Source of the DNA: Vicugna vicugna
Lineage: Eukaryota
Direction: 5' to 3'
Length of the DNA: 64,000 nucleotides
Assembly (NCBI GenBank): GCA_013265495.1
Contig: MU058423.1
Coordinates: 8,727,627 to 8,791,626 of the forward strand
The position numbers and the translations under genes are program-made. The notes beneath the pieces were generated by a model. It ran no database searches, was not told the DNA's origin, and saw only the letters and a list, made by a program, of their open reading frames with translations. Positions 23,571-36,711 of the stretch are shown in pieces (within the stretch, counting starts at the first letter, position 1; every line of letters starts with the position of its first letter).

Positions 23571-26139
23571 GTCAATTTAGATTTTAAAAACACTTTGTTC
23601 TCTTGAATACCTATTCTTACTCACAGGTTTCTAATAAGCAGTTTGGCTTATTCTCAGTGAATTGTTTTGACTTTGAGCAGTCATGGAATTAGGATAAAAG
23701 GGAGCTATATGGTTCAGTTTTCTAATTTCCTTTCTAAGACCTAGCCTTTAAACTAGAATTACTTGCTACATTTTAAATATATAATTTATAGTCTTTATTA
23801 AATCTTTACAGATAATAAGGAATACCATCTATTCTTTAGAAAGAGAAGAAACAAAAGACTTGAAATGATAATGATTCGGTTAACAGAAGTGAAAATTATT
23901 GATAAACCAAACGACAATTAGTTTACATGTATCTGCCCAGGGAGAGGTGGTAGAGCAATTCTGAGCAGTTAAGAAATACAGTTTATTCTTAAAGTTGCAC
24001 ACACACTTTCTGGCCATCCAAGGACAATTTAGTGCACTTTCAAGAATTTTTTTTTCCCCAAATGCCATTCCAGCTCTTGTTGTCACTTGTGTATCATGAC
24101 CTAGAGCAGAAAAAAAGGCGACTTTCCTTCACGAGCGCCTGCACTGTATGTTCTTCAATGAACATACTTTACCAAAATAAAGCATCTGCCACTGTCTGGT
24201 ATCAGATTCACACAGATTATTCTGTTCTTGAATTGGTATGTCTTTGGAGTGAACATCTCTTGGCAAAACATTCGTGTTTACAAAATCTTTGTGTCTGAAA
24301 AAACGAACAAACAAATCTACCACCGAAAAAGAATTTTCTCTTAGCCTCCCATAAAAATCAGCTTGGAAAAATGCAGCCAAGTGCATCTAGGTAGTATCTA
24401 GTTCATCACTAGCTGTTTCACTGAATTCCACTATTTTTTTCCCCGAGCTAATTTAAGTACAGACAAGGCCTAAATCTAGATCCTTTTAGATTTACAGTAA
24501 AGTTTCTATCCCTAAGTGTTTCCAATAACTAAACAGTTAAGACATGGTTCAAATGGCCTGAGTTTGATCCCTGGAATTCCCCCTAGAAGTGCTTTCCCAG
24601 GGGCAGAGTTTCCCAGAGGGAAATAAAGAACAAAAGAAATGAAGTAAAACTTTATTTTGGAATTTCTGCATTGGTAAAGAAAGGGAGCTATTAATCTCAG
24701 AAACCGTGTTTTAAAGTTGAATTTTCAAAAGCAGAACTGCATGGTACTTATAAATTTAAAATACAGAGAGTGAGAGCAAGAAAACCATTGGCAGCAGAGT
24801 GAATGATTTGGGAGCTTCACATTAGTCATTTTGATTTTGAAGTGACCAACTCTAAGAGGCATATTGTGTCCACCAATTATTTCCCCATATTCTGAACAGG
24901 TGACACTGGATATGCCTCAGGCATGGAGCCAACTACATGATCCCACCTGAACTATGTGAGTGACGGCTGACAGTTCTTCCCAGCAACAAGAGTCCCCCTG
25001 GAAAGCTCTGTACATCTGTATGTGTTGACACAAAGGGAGAACCACAACTTCTACATTTACAAAACAACGTGCAAAATAAGATCTAACTTTTGGTAAAATA
25101 TAGAGCTGTAGTATAAATGTCTATATATGCCCCCCAAAAGTCTAGAAAGATCTATACACTACACTGGTAACAGAACTGAATAGTAAGAGTGTGAATGATT
25201 TTTATTTTCCTCTGATACTTTATTACAGTTTCTGAATTTTTCTAATGGTACTTTTTTAAACTTTTTTTTTTAAAAAGTTGTACATATAAACCTACTTTTT
25301 CTCTTTCTTACTGGAATTTCTTTTCTTTTTCACGGTCATATTTCTCTTAACACAAGTGCAGTACTCACCACCATACCCTTCACTATTTGCAGCTAAGTGG
25401 AAGGAAGTTAAACTCTGAAAAAAAAAGCTATTGATGATATGGTATCTGATGGTAACTGGGATCGATTGTAGGCCACATTAAAAAAAATTATAATTCCATT
25501 TTTTTCCCTAAAAGAATTTTTAAAGGCCCTTTAAGGTTTATATAACACTTTGGCTATACATGAAATTGTATTTACAGTATCTGTTATCATTGGCGGTCAT
25601 ACACATAACTTGATTTTTTTTTTCCAACAGAAAGAAAAGTATGCAGTGTTCTCTGGTAAATTCACATAACTAAACATCTTGAAATCTCCTGGAGCTGGTA
25701 AAGTTTATCAGAGTCCCTCTAGCAGGAATGAGGGGAAGTTTATGCTTTTAACAGGCATCAGTTCTTTGTATTCAGAAGACTTTCCAGTGGTTTGGACATT
25801 TTTTTAAATTGTAAAATAGAGCGGTTTCTGGCAACAAAACTTTAATATGCATTGACTTTGATACTGCATGAGCCACGGGAAGAATACTGGTGGTCACAAG
25901 GGAAAAATGTTCTCTTCATGTGCCCTTAGCTGCTGCTTCTCTAGGCACAGGGCCTTTCCCTGGGTCAGGCACACAGCTCAGGAAGGATGGGCATACACAA
26001 AGCAGTGGGGGCGAAGTGGTGCTGGGGGGGCAACCAGTCACATAACCAACCTCAGTCAACTGGGCAATATTCCAGACCCTCTGAGAAATTCATCAGCTGC
26101 AGAAAGCCACAAATGTAGAAGTTGAGAACACAGGTTCCA

Positions 26140-26265
26140 GGACAGTGATTCAACATTTACTGTGCATAGAAATCACCAAAGAGCTAGAGTGTGCCCAAGA
26201 AATTGCATCTTTAACAAGTCCTCAGGTATCGTTGGTGCTGCTGCTCTGTGGGTCACACTTGGAGG
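26140..26265. mobile_element. MER5 (hAT-Charlie) remnant
   Basis: 'cagtgattcaacattt...aatcacc' and 'tgcatctttaacaagtcctcaggt...gggtcacacttggag'. Confidence 0.5.
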
Positions 26266-26284
26266 ATAAACAGGGTGAGGGGCC

Positions 26285-26635
26285 CTGCTCTCAAGTACCG
26301 TCTCCACCGCATACTGACTGCAGCGCAGTACACAAGTGAGCAAGCTAGCCCCTACCCTGCTCAGCCAGCTCTGTGGATGGGTAACAGCAGTCCGTGCCCC
26401 ACAGTGCTGTTAGAAGGATTAAAGGAGAGATGTCCTCTGAGGCTCTTGGCAAAGCACTTGGCAAACATCGGCTGTTATTCTAAATATTAATCGTGTTTTG
26501 ATATTTTATCTAACCTTCTTGATTTAAAGTTGAGCAAACTGAGGCCCCAAGAGACTGAGTGACTGTCACGAGGTCCCAGAGCCAATGATCAGTGAAGCTG
26601 GGATGCAGACCCCAGGCTTCTGGGCTCTCTCATGA
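26285..26635. mobile_element. Two MIR fragments (+ then -)
   Basis: 'ctgttagaaggattaaaggaga...aaagcacttggcaaa' and 'gagcaaactgaggccccaagagactgagtgact'. Confidence 0.55.
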
Positions 26636-29389
26636 CACCCAACTGAGTGTGCCCTGGGACATCCTGCAGAAGCTGAACATTTTCAGCTGGTCTCGAACCC
26701 ACGATCTTCATGTTGGAAATAAATACAAAAACCAGCCTCCAAAGGACACGAGCATCTAATAAAGCTGACAACAGCCTTGCACTGCTCCTGCCAAACTGAA
26801 AGAGAACATACTGTCCTGGGTTATCAAAACGGGAAACCAAGGTCGTCCTGAATGAGGAAACTGTTACAGCCCTAATAATACTGACGGGCTGGCATTGCCC
26901 CTAGTTCTGGAGAAGACGAAGAGTCTGGCTGGCATTAAACTCATCCCTTGACTCCTGGGAACATGTAAGGGGGACAATTCACAGTCACAACCTAAGCCTC
27001 CAACGGGACAACGGGACACTTGGGATAACAGAAAGTTATTGCTGGAGAACTGCCTGCCTTTGGGCTGCTGAGAAAGAAAGAATTCCTTAACTTTGGCTTT
27101 AATAAGTACACCATTATGCATATTTTAGAAGAACAGAACAAACCTTCTTTTCCTAGCCGATAGAATGTGATGTGCTTTTCAATATAGCTGCCGAGAAGAG
27201 CAGTAAACCCTAGCTGGGCTGTAATACTATGTCTCATCTCTTCTCAAGCCTCCTATCAGCTCCCTGCTTTGGGAAATTGGGACATTAGGGAGAAACAGAG
27301 AGCCTTAGAACATTTTCTTCAAGGCAGATCTGAAAGGAATACTTTAGATTAAGAATAACATCAGAAGATTCCAAGAATCTTTACATAATATCAGAAAATT
27401 GCTTTGAATTTCACTGAATTGACAATTTACTTCATAGAATTATGATGATGATTAATTTGATTAATATATAAAGAGCTTAATACAGATCCTGGAACATAGA
27501 AAATGTTCTATGGGTGTCCACTATTTTAATCAGGAATCATTATGGTGATTTGGTATTATTGTAAAGCCACAGGGTCTACAGACCAGTTCAGATCCCTGTA
27601 ATTTTCATGACTAAATGTGGTAAAGAAATTTGCTCCCCCAATGGGATAAAGTAGAGAAAGAAAGAGAATGATTGAGGGGAAAAGAAATATTTTGACAATA
27701 GAAGTTATATTAAACATGGAAACAAGCCTTTTTTTACAAAGAACTGAATTTGACTTTTGTTTTGGGTGAGTTGTTTTGTCTCGTTTTAATTGGTTAACAT
27801 ATTCTGTGGAGGAACCTTCAGGACTTTTCAAAACCACAGCTGACTGATTTTAGCCTGACATAATCAGAATATGCCCATAAACACACAGTAGGAAGCATGC
27901 TATGTCTTTTTTTCCCTGACTTTCTACTTCATTAAAATCATATTCTTAAAAAAAAATCATATTCTTAAAAAATCAAATATCTCACAGGATATTTGTCGAC
28001 CACATTTATTTCACTAACTGTAGTTTTTTAATGTGTCCTGACATCTTACTGCGTTCTGAATGACCATTTGTATCATTTTTGAACCAAACGACTCCACCTA
28101 TTCATAATTCTAAGGCCCAAATGCATGCATTTTAAGATAATGTTGGAAATATAAAACTATGCAGCTAGTCATGAGTGTAAGTAGTATAAACAGTAGTGTA
28201 GTATAAATAGGATTCAGGGCAAGTCAAAAAGTATGCTGATGGAGTTTATATTCCACCTCAGCTGGCTCCTACTGACCCCAAAACCAACGCTCACCCATGG
28301 CCTGTACAGCCTGCTGACTTCCTACCAGGGGTAACTCTGAAACTGAAGCATTAGGTAGGATTGTGGTTCAATGGTTCGTTCAATCTGAACTTAGGTAACA
28401 TAATTTCGTACAATAAGAAGTAGAAGTCAAGAGAAGATGGCTGAGAGAGGGCGAAGTTTTAATGCAAGCTACAAAGCCCCTGCAGAAGAGGTCCATGTCG
28501 CATAAACTTGCTCTGTGTTCCCCAGCAGAATTCTTCCACAGCAAACGTGTGCCTTAGACCAACATGTGCTGTTAGCAGGGTATGTCTAGACACCATTCCC
28601 GTTTCACTCTGCTGTGGAGGCAAGCACTTTATGTTTTGAAGGTGCTGACTGGCTGCATCAGGTCCAAGGTGTTATTAAATTAATCTAGCTCTTGATGCTA
28701 CGTCCCCAGGAAGAAAAACTTTGAGGAAATCAAAGCAGCAGCAGGTTATCTAGGCAAATACTTATTTAGCTGTCATGAGCTCTCGGTCGGCGTCCTAATT
28801 CTACCACTAAGGGCAAAAGAAGGCAGCTTGATTCCTCAACTTCATCTTTTGAATTCTTACTAAGGAACAAAAAGGACTTTTTTTGGTCTTTATTAAAGTT
28901 TAGAAGGAGATAGTGACACATCTTTGATTACAACAATGCTTTACTTCCAGAATACAATAAAGAATTTCTCAGTGGAATACAATGCAATCTTCATCTAAAA
29001 GCAGAATTGTGTCCTTCATAGCAGAATTCAGGCAGATCAGCTAGCTAATTCTGGGCCAAATTACAATGATTCATTACATAAAAATTCACTAAGGGAACAA
29101 ATTATCTTCCTCTAAAAGGCTTCCAGGCCATCTGTCTCAAAGCTCCACTAACAGCTTTGTATTCATCAAAACCTACTTAAAACCAAGGATGCCCTAGGCT
29201 CTGAAAGACCAGTGGCTGGGCAGTAATGTAGTGCCACCTAGCTTCTCTCATGAGGGATGTCTGTCCCTCAGTGGATGTCCTTAAATGCCTGAAGAAACTA
29301 GACTGGGTTCAACAATGTACTCAAGCTTTATGAAGCAGAAATAGAGAAAGGGGAAAATTTCCCCTTTCATCTTCATGCAAAAACAACTG

Positions 29390-30030
29390 AACATCAGAAC
29401 CGGACCCTGGCCCTCGACAAGATCCTCTGCAATCTAGTCCCACCACCCTGTGTAGCCTTTTCCCTTCACGTCACCCCTCCACTCCGCAGGAGGAGAATAT
29501 GTATTGCATATACCCGGTGTTTATGGTGATGACTTCCCACAGCGTGTATTCCTCAGCCATCTCAACATATGCCGTCAACAGTCCCACCTCTGTTGTAAAC
29601 GCCCTTCACAGCCTGAACGCTCCTCCCCATTCATTCTCCCTTTCAGATCCTTCAAGTCCCACTTCTTTCATGCAGCCTTCCCTAACTACACCAATGTCTG
29701 GTAATCATTTCATCTCTGAACTGCATTGTGTTTTCAGCTCTTCACTGTGTCTTCCGTTACTCTGCATGCAGCTACTTGCCCACTCCAGTTGTGTACAGGA
29801 GTCTCCTACTCATCCTGCAAGACAGCGCAGCCATCTACGGCTGTTCTCCACCACACACTCCCTCCTGCAGACAAACTGAGACGCTGCCTCCTTGATGTAC
29901 TTACCTCTATATCAGGGAATGCATTTTCTTCCTCACCCTATTAGACCCGAAGCAGGGACTGTGTTTTCTGCTTTAAAATAATCATTGATAAATTGTGTTG
30001 CATTAATAAATGACTGAAAAAATGAAATAA
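29390..30030 (+). mobile_element. L2 3' fragments
   Basis: 'acaagatcctctgcaatctagtccc', 'ctttcatgcagccttccctaact', 'attagacccgaagcagggactgtg...aataaatgactgaa'. Confidence 0.55.
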
Positions 30031-30650
30031 AGCCTTTTAATTATTTCTTGTGTTACTCATTGTTTCTCCAACCAGTCTACATTCCTTGGGGGCAAGGCTA
30101 TAGCTTTTAGTCTTTTCATTGCCATAAGCCTGAACACAGTGATTGATCCTGGCCTAAACCCTTTGACTTTATCAAGAACAAAACCAAAAACCCCACATTT
30201 CCCCTGTGAGTTGACTCTCCCAGTCTCTAAAACAAGCAGCTTCCTCTTCCCTCTCTTTGATACTCCCATTCTCACTCCCAGCTAAAGACTTTGCTTTTAT
30301 TCACTGAAAAATAGAAGCAATTCGAGTTTCTGGCAGAGTAGTTGACCAGAAACTGTGAAACCTCCCTTCTACATAATAACTAAAAATGCTCAATAAAGAA
30401 TTAAAAAAAAAACAACTCTTTGCAAATAATTGGGTGAAATGGCAGGAAAATTAGGGAAATGAGCTGAGGCAATGAGTGAGGCAGGGAAACACACAAGACG
30501 TGCTGCAGATGGACCTTCGGCTTCATTGTTCAGGAGGGGCTGGAGATAAAGCCTAGGGTGAGCCCACGGCATGGGAGCTGGGTGGGAGTCTGTCCATACA
30601 AAGCCAGGACGCAGGCTGTTCTCAATCTCAACACCTCAGCCAGAGTGATC

Positions 30651-30857
30651 TTTTTTTTTTTGTAAGTATAGTCAGTTACAATGTGTCAATTTTTGGTGTA
30701 CAGCACTATGTCCCAGTCATACACATACACACATATATTTGTTTTCATATTCTTTACCATCATAGGTTACTACAAAACATTGAATATAGTTCCCTGAGCT
30801 ACATACAGAAGAAATTTGGTTTTTTTAATCTTTTATATGTATTTGTTAGTATTCACA
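30651..30857 (-). mobile_element. Short L1 3'-end insertion (artiodactyl/camelid type) within L2
   Basis: Poly-T then 'gtaagtatagtcagttacaatgtgtcaatttttggtgtacagc...ttgaatatagttccctgagcta'; GATCTTTT on both sides; L2 continues to ~31330. Confidence 0.8.
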
Positions 30858-31444
30858 GATCTTTTAAGTGTCACTCAACTGCTCACAATCTTCCAATGAC
30901 TCCCTATTTCCTTGAGAGTAGAACTCCAAGCCTTTCAAGGCTCTCCGTGACCTGAGGCTCCTCCTCCCTCCTGAACCCCGGCCCTTGCTCCGCCCCTCTC
31001 ACTCCTCTCCTGCGCCCTGCTCTTCCTCCTCTCCGTGATGTTAATGGCCATACCCTTTTCCACATCAGATGCTTCACTCTTTCTACTTCCCTTTCCCGTT
31101 TCCCCCCACTTCGTGTGACTCATCCCTCACTTCATTCAGCTCAGCCTCCGAAAGGCCTTTCCTGTTTGCATTACAGAAATAGACCCCTTGTCCTTTATTC
31201 TCCATCCCCTGACCTAGCTTTCTCTCAATTTGCAGCACGATCATGGCCTAAAATTACCCTTCCAGTTTTTATTAAAGATTGATTATCTGTCTTCACCACC
31301 CGAATTTGAACTTTATGGGGGAAGAGACTTACTCATTTAGATCAACAAGCCAATCCTAGACTGGGCTTGAAGAGGTACTTTATATTCACATGTAACTTTG
31401 CCAGAGCGGCAGGGACTTTGGAAGAAAGAGGTCATTAAGGGAGA

Positions 31445-31857
31445 TGTATTAGTCATTGTGAAATAACTCCTACGATAAATGACCCCCAAAATTCAGGGAC
31501 TTAACACAGTGAAGGTTTATTCCTTGCTCAGACTAGTCCTCACGGCTGTCCCTAGTCACCACTGGTTAGCCAGCTCCCTCTGTCTAGGGGCTTCATATCC
31601 CCCAGGACTTTGGAGTCCTCCACTGTATTCTTTGCATCTGACCGGACGCTGAGAAACTAACAAGAGCATAGAGGATTATCCAGGAGGTTTTAGGGGTCAA
31701 ATCTGAAAGTCACATTCACCCACATTCCTTTCATCAGAGTCCACTCACAAGGTCCTGTCTAACTTTGAAGGAGTCTGGGAAAGCAGTCTCACTGATGCCA
31801 GAGGGACAAGAAAGTGGGATCTGATGAACACACAGCATCGTAGGGTCTGTCATGACA
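31445..31857 (-). mobile_element. MaLR LTR (MLT1K-like)
   Basis: 'tgtattagtca...aaatgacccccaaaattcagggacttaacacagtgaaggtttattccttgctca'. Confidence 0.65.
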
Positions 31858-31879
31858 TGTAACCAGCGGGCAATGCACA

Positions 31880-32300
31880 GCTGAAGTGCAAAGGAAGAGA
31901 AACTTACCCTGGAATGGTGTTCTAGGGGAAAGGAACAGCAGATGCAAAGGCAAAGAGGTGTGAAAAAATAATAGCACATTTTAGAAACTTTAGATCGTAG
32001 ATATGGTTGTATCCATTGTGAATGTACAGTGTGAAATGGAAAGGCAAAAGGTTGGGGAAATAGGCAGAATTTAGACGATGAAGGAGCCTGTGCACCAAGA
32101 CAAAGGATTCAGACCCATCCTGAGGGTACCAGGAGCCACTGAAGGATTTTAAAGGCAAGAGTTGGAAAATAATATGATCAAATGTGTGTTATTGAAAGAT
32201 CACTCTGATGGCTGTATGGAGGATGAATCTGAGAAAGAGAGAATGGAGACAAAATAATTAGATGGAAGTTGTTGCAGAAATATAACCAGAATTGTTGAGG
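31880..32300 (-). mobile_element. L2 fragment
   Basis: 'ggaacagcagatgcaaaggc', 'ggagccactgaaggattttaa', 'gaaagatcactctgatggctgtatggagga'. Confidence 0.75.
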
Positions 32301-32904
32301 GATGGGAATCAAAACTAAGATAGGAGTTACATCATGCTTGATAAATTACATTTTCTTTCTGGAAAGTCTCATGAGTATGTTTATTGTCTTTGATGAGCTG
32401 AAGACTCTGATACTAGTCCTGGAGCTTAGAAAGCCATCTAATAGAGGTTAGCAAAGTCACATTTTAATTAAATCTCTAACTGGATTTTTCATGCCTATCA
32501 TTAAAAAACAGAGGTCAGTCTAAATGGATGAAGTGATTTCCAATCGATGCTATGAGATTACCTGGGGGCCGGGGACAGTAAAAGGTGTGAGTGAACGAAT
32601 GTTCACTTACCTTGACAGTTTGTGTAAGAATGGGGAAAACTGATGCCCCCAGTACTCATTGTGACAATACAAGTCTAATCCAAGAACAGATGGGCAGGAT
32701 GGACTGTTCATCACAAATGGTATTCAGTACCACCAGATAAATTAATATCACATCTCAGTGAAACTGAGCTTTAGCTGTTTCTGCAACCACCAACATTTTT
32801 GTATTTTTCTCCTTAAAATTAACTATAAATGTTTCCATTTCCTTGAATAACTACTTATCCATAATATTAATTCTCTTTTCTTTGGTGGGAGTGGGAGGAA
32901 AATC

Positions 32905-33910
32905 ATATTTTTTAATTTTTAAAATTCGTTTCAGTTTTATTGAAATACAATTGACAAAAGTTGTATACATTTAAGGTACACAATGTGATAGTTTGATATA
33001 TGTATTCATTGTGACATGATTACTAAAATCAAGTTAATTAACACATTTATCACCTCACATAGCTACCATTTCTATTTATTTGTTTACTTTGGTAGGGTGA
33101 GAATACTTAGGATCTATTCTATTAGCAACTGTCAAGTACAAAATACAGTATTATTAACTAGTCACTATGCTGTACATTGGATCCTAAGAATTTATTCCTC
33201 TTAAAACTGGAAGTTTGTACCTTGTAACCAATATCTCCTCATTTTCCCCACCTTCCAGTCTCTGGTAATCAGCATTCTACTCTCTGGTTCTATGAGTTTG
33301 ACTTTTTTAGATTCTACATAAGTGAGATTATTCAGTATTTACCTTTCTTTGTCTTATTTTATTTAGTATAATGCCCTCCAGGTTTATCCATGTTGTCACA
33401 AATGGCAGGATTTCCTTCCTTTTTATTGCTGAATAATATCCTAGTATGTACAAATCCCACATTTTCCCATTAGGCTGTGGGTTGTTTCTATATTGTAGCT
33501 ATTATGAATAATGTTGTAGTGAGCATGGGGGCCCAATACCCTTTTGAGATCCCGATTTCAATTCTTTCGGCTATATGCCCAATAGTGGGATTGCTAGAGC
33601 GTATGCTAGCTCTTTTCTTTATTTTTTACAAACCTCCATGCTGCCTACCATAGTGACTTAACCAATTTATATCCTCATCAACAACGTACAAAGATTCCTT
33701 TTTTTTCCCACACCTTCACCTACATGTATCTCTTGTCTTTTTCATAATAACCATCTTAATAGGTGTGAGGTTGTGGTTTTGATTTGCATTTCTCTGATAA
33801 TTAGTGATGTTGAGTACCTTTCCACATATCTGTTCAGGAAATCTTTGGGAAAATGTCTATTCATATCTTTTGCCTATTTTTTAATCAGTTTATTTGGTTT
33901 TTGTTATTGA
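32905..33910 (-). mobile_element. L1MA-type LINE, 3' (sense) arm of a 5'-inverted insertion
   Basis: T-rich tail, 'tttattgaaatacaattgaca', 'tagattctacataagtgagat', 'ttgtggttttgatttgcatttctctgataattagtgatgttgag'. Confidence 0.9.
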
Positions 33911-34722
33911 AAAAGGCTTTTTCACTGAAAACTGTAAGACACTGATGAAAAAATTTGAAGAAGACACAAAGAAACGAAAAGACATTCCATATCCATGGAT
34001 TGCAAGAATTCATACTGTTAAAATGTCCATACTATCCCAAGTGATACAGAGAGTTAAGTGACCCTTATCAAAATTCCAATGGTACTTTCCACAAAAATAG
34101 AAAAAAAAAATTCTAAAACTCACATGGAACACAAAAGACAACAAATAACCAAAGTGATCTTGAGAAAGAAGAGGCATTACACTTCCTGAGCTCAAACTTA
34201 TACTACAAAGCTATAGTAACCAAAACAGTATGGTACCGGAATAAAGACAGACTCATAGATGAGTGGAACAGAATAGAGAACCCAGAAATAAACCTCCCCA
34301 TATTCAGTCAACTAATCTATGACAAAGCACTAAGAATAAACAATGGGGAAAGCATAATCTCCTCAATAAACTGTGTTGGGAAAACTGGATAGCCACATGC
34401 AAAAGAATAAAATCACACCTTTGTCTTACCCCATACACAAAAATCAATTCAAAATAGATTCAAGATTTGAACATAAGACCTGAACCCATAAAACTCCGAG
34501 AAGGAAACATAGGGGAAAATCTCCTGACATTGATCCTGGCAATTATTTTTGGACTTGACATCAAAAGCTCAAGAAACAAAAAGAAAAATAAGCAAGTAAG
34601 AGTACGTCAATCTACAAAGCTTCTGCATGGCAAAGAAAACAATCAACAAAATTAAAAGGCAACCCAGGAAATGGAAAAAAATTTTGCAAACTGTATGTCT
34701 AAAAGGATTAATATCCAAAATA
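33911..34722 (+). mobile_element. L1 ORF2 remnant, inverted arm of the same element
   Basis: Reads ENCKTLMKKFEEDTKKRKDIPYPWIARIHTVKMSILSQ..., and the ORF-track peptide 'NIRPEPIKLREGNIGENL' matches L1 ORF2p 'NVRPETIKLLEENIG'; frameshifted. Confidence 0.9.
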
Positions 34723-35249
34723 ATTTTTAACTAGAATGAGTAGATGTGCAACCTAAATATTTTAATGCCATTGGAAGAAAAAGAGGAGGAAAATTAGTGG
34801 GGATTTTTTTCTATTCTGAAAGAAAAAATAGAAGCATTCTACAAAGGAGAAGGCAAATTAAAGCCTCAGCAACACATTTTAAAAGAAACCTTTACAAATC
34901 TAAAATCATTTTGTATGATAATACCTATTATATTGAAATGATAGAGTTATGGGTGAGTGACTTATTTTTCTGTACCAAACTCTCTGTGTAGGTACATTAC
35001 TTGTATAATAAAAATCGAGTAAAGATAGACTCACTTTGACAAGTTAATTTGCTCGTAAAATTATCAGAGATTCCTGAGTTCAAATCTTTACCATTTATGT
35101 GACATTGAGCAAGTTAATATCATTCTTACCATTATTATTACTAACATTACCATTACCATTAGTATTATTAAATAGCATTCAACATGCATTATGTGCCAGT
35201 CATTCTGTTAAGCATTTTATATACATTACCTCATGTTAGTGTGTCTTTC

Positions 35250-35402
35250 TTTGTTTTGTGTGTGTGTGTGTGTGTGTGTATGTGTGTTTTGTAAGGGGTA
35301 GTAATTAGGTTTATTTACTCTTAGGGGAGGTACTGGGGGTTGAACCCAGGTCCTTGTGCATGATTAGCATGCACTTTGCTACTTGAGCTATACCTTCCCC
35401 CC
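35250..35402 (-). mobile_element. vic-1-type camelid tRNA-Ala-derived SINE with (CA)n-converted tail
   Basis: Reverse complement 'ggggaaggtatagctcaagtagcaaagtgcatgctaatcatgcacaaggacctgggttcaacccccagtacctcc...aataaacctaattac'; TSD gtgtgtctttc / gtgcatctttc. Confidence 0.85.
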
Positions 35403-36398
35403 GTGCATCTTTCAAAATACACTTTCTCATTTATTCAAAAAACTGATAATAACACCTACTTTGTAGGACAAGTATGAAAGATCAGATGATATTATATATG
35501 AAAAGCACATTGTAAACTGTGTGACATTATGCGTGTGTTGGTTTTAATCTTCGTATATTCTGATTATAAAGAACGTTCCAATTATAAATACCAATTTACC
35601 AAAGCTTTGCTTTTCGAAAAACAGTGGTGGGAGTGTCCCACCATGGCATTTTAAGGCATTACTCTCTTTTAACTATAACTAATTTCCAAGAAGCAGGTAT
35701 AATATTAACTGAAGCAAAAACTGTTATTTGGGTTTTAGATTTTCCCCAGTTCAAAAGATGCTAAAAGCACTTATTGCCAGAAAAGTGCTAGGAGGAGAGT
35801 GGGGTGGGGGGAACGTTCCCAAAATCCTTGAACACAGAACAATGGGACTGTGTGCTGAGCTCTTCCTCACCAGTCACTGTAGTTTCTGGTGCTTTGCTTT
35901 CATGCTCTTCACAGACTTCCTAAAATGACTGTGTATTCACAGTGAGACAAGCTTCTTTTCTTTGCTAGCTTAATTTCCTTTATAAAGCATGCAAATTTTT
36001 TTCAGACTGCAATAAATGAAGGTAAGAATAAAAGTTGCCTGTGTCCAGAAAAGGCCTAACCACATGCTGCTGAAAAGATTAACTTAGCAGAATGCTGGAC
36101 TGTATTTCTGGTTCAAATTTGGGGCCTATGTTCTCTGTGGCATCCCCTGAAAAACAGAACGTTTTGTCATCAAATTCCTTAAGCCAAAAACTAAGAACTA
36201 TACTTCAGCCGTCCTCTTCCTGATCTTTCACATCTGTCGACAGACCCCCGTGTTTCTATCCCAAAGGCATTTCCCATTTCTAACTCTGCCTCTTTTCTTT
36301 CATCCCTGAGAGATTATTTGTCTCCCACTTGGTGCTCAGTTTTTCTCTCCCATTTTCACTCTGTTCTGGGATAATTCCTTCAATTCAATCTCTTAGAT

Positions 36399-36711
36399 CT
36401 ATGTTGTCCAATATGGTAACTGCTAGCCACAGGTGGCTACTGAGCACTGGAAACACGTTGTCTGGAAGGAGATGTGCTGTAAGTACAAAATACACACCAG
36501 GTATTCAAATACTTAGAATGAGAAAAAAAAAGAATGCAACAATCTCATTAATAAATGTTTATATTGATTACATTCAAATTGATAATATTAGGGGTTAAAT
36601 AAAATATATGTTATAGCTCATTTCACCTGTTTGTTAACTTCTGAAATGTGGCTATTAGAAAAATTTAAATTATATATGTGGCTTTTTTGGTATTTCTGTT
36701 GGGTAGACCTG
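36399..36711. mobile_element. MER33 (hAT-Charlie non-autonomous DNA transposon)
   Basis: 'tgtccaatatggtaactgctagccacaggtggctactgagcactggaa...gatgtgctgtaagtacaaaatacacacc...atgtggctattagaaaaatttaaattatatatgtggc'. Confidence 0.85.

Noticed and set aside
27935..27975. Short tandem repeat (aaaatcatattcttaaaa)x2, similar to 9153-9195 and 15540-15570
   Set aside because: Ordinary slippage micro-duplications; no spacer structure, so not CRISPR-like.
33911..34722. Reverse-transcriptase-related (L1 ORF2) coding potential
   Set aside because: Frameshifted, truncated and inverted fragment; not a functional or domesticated gene.
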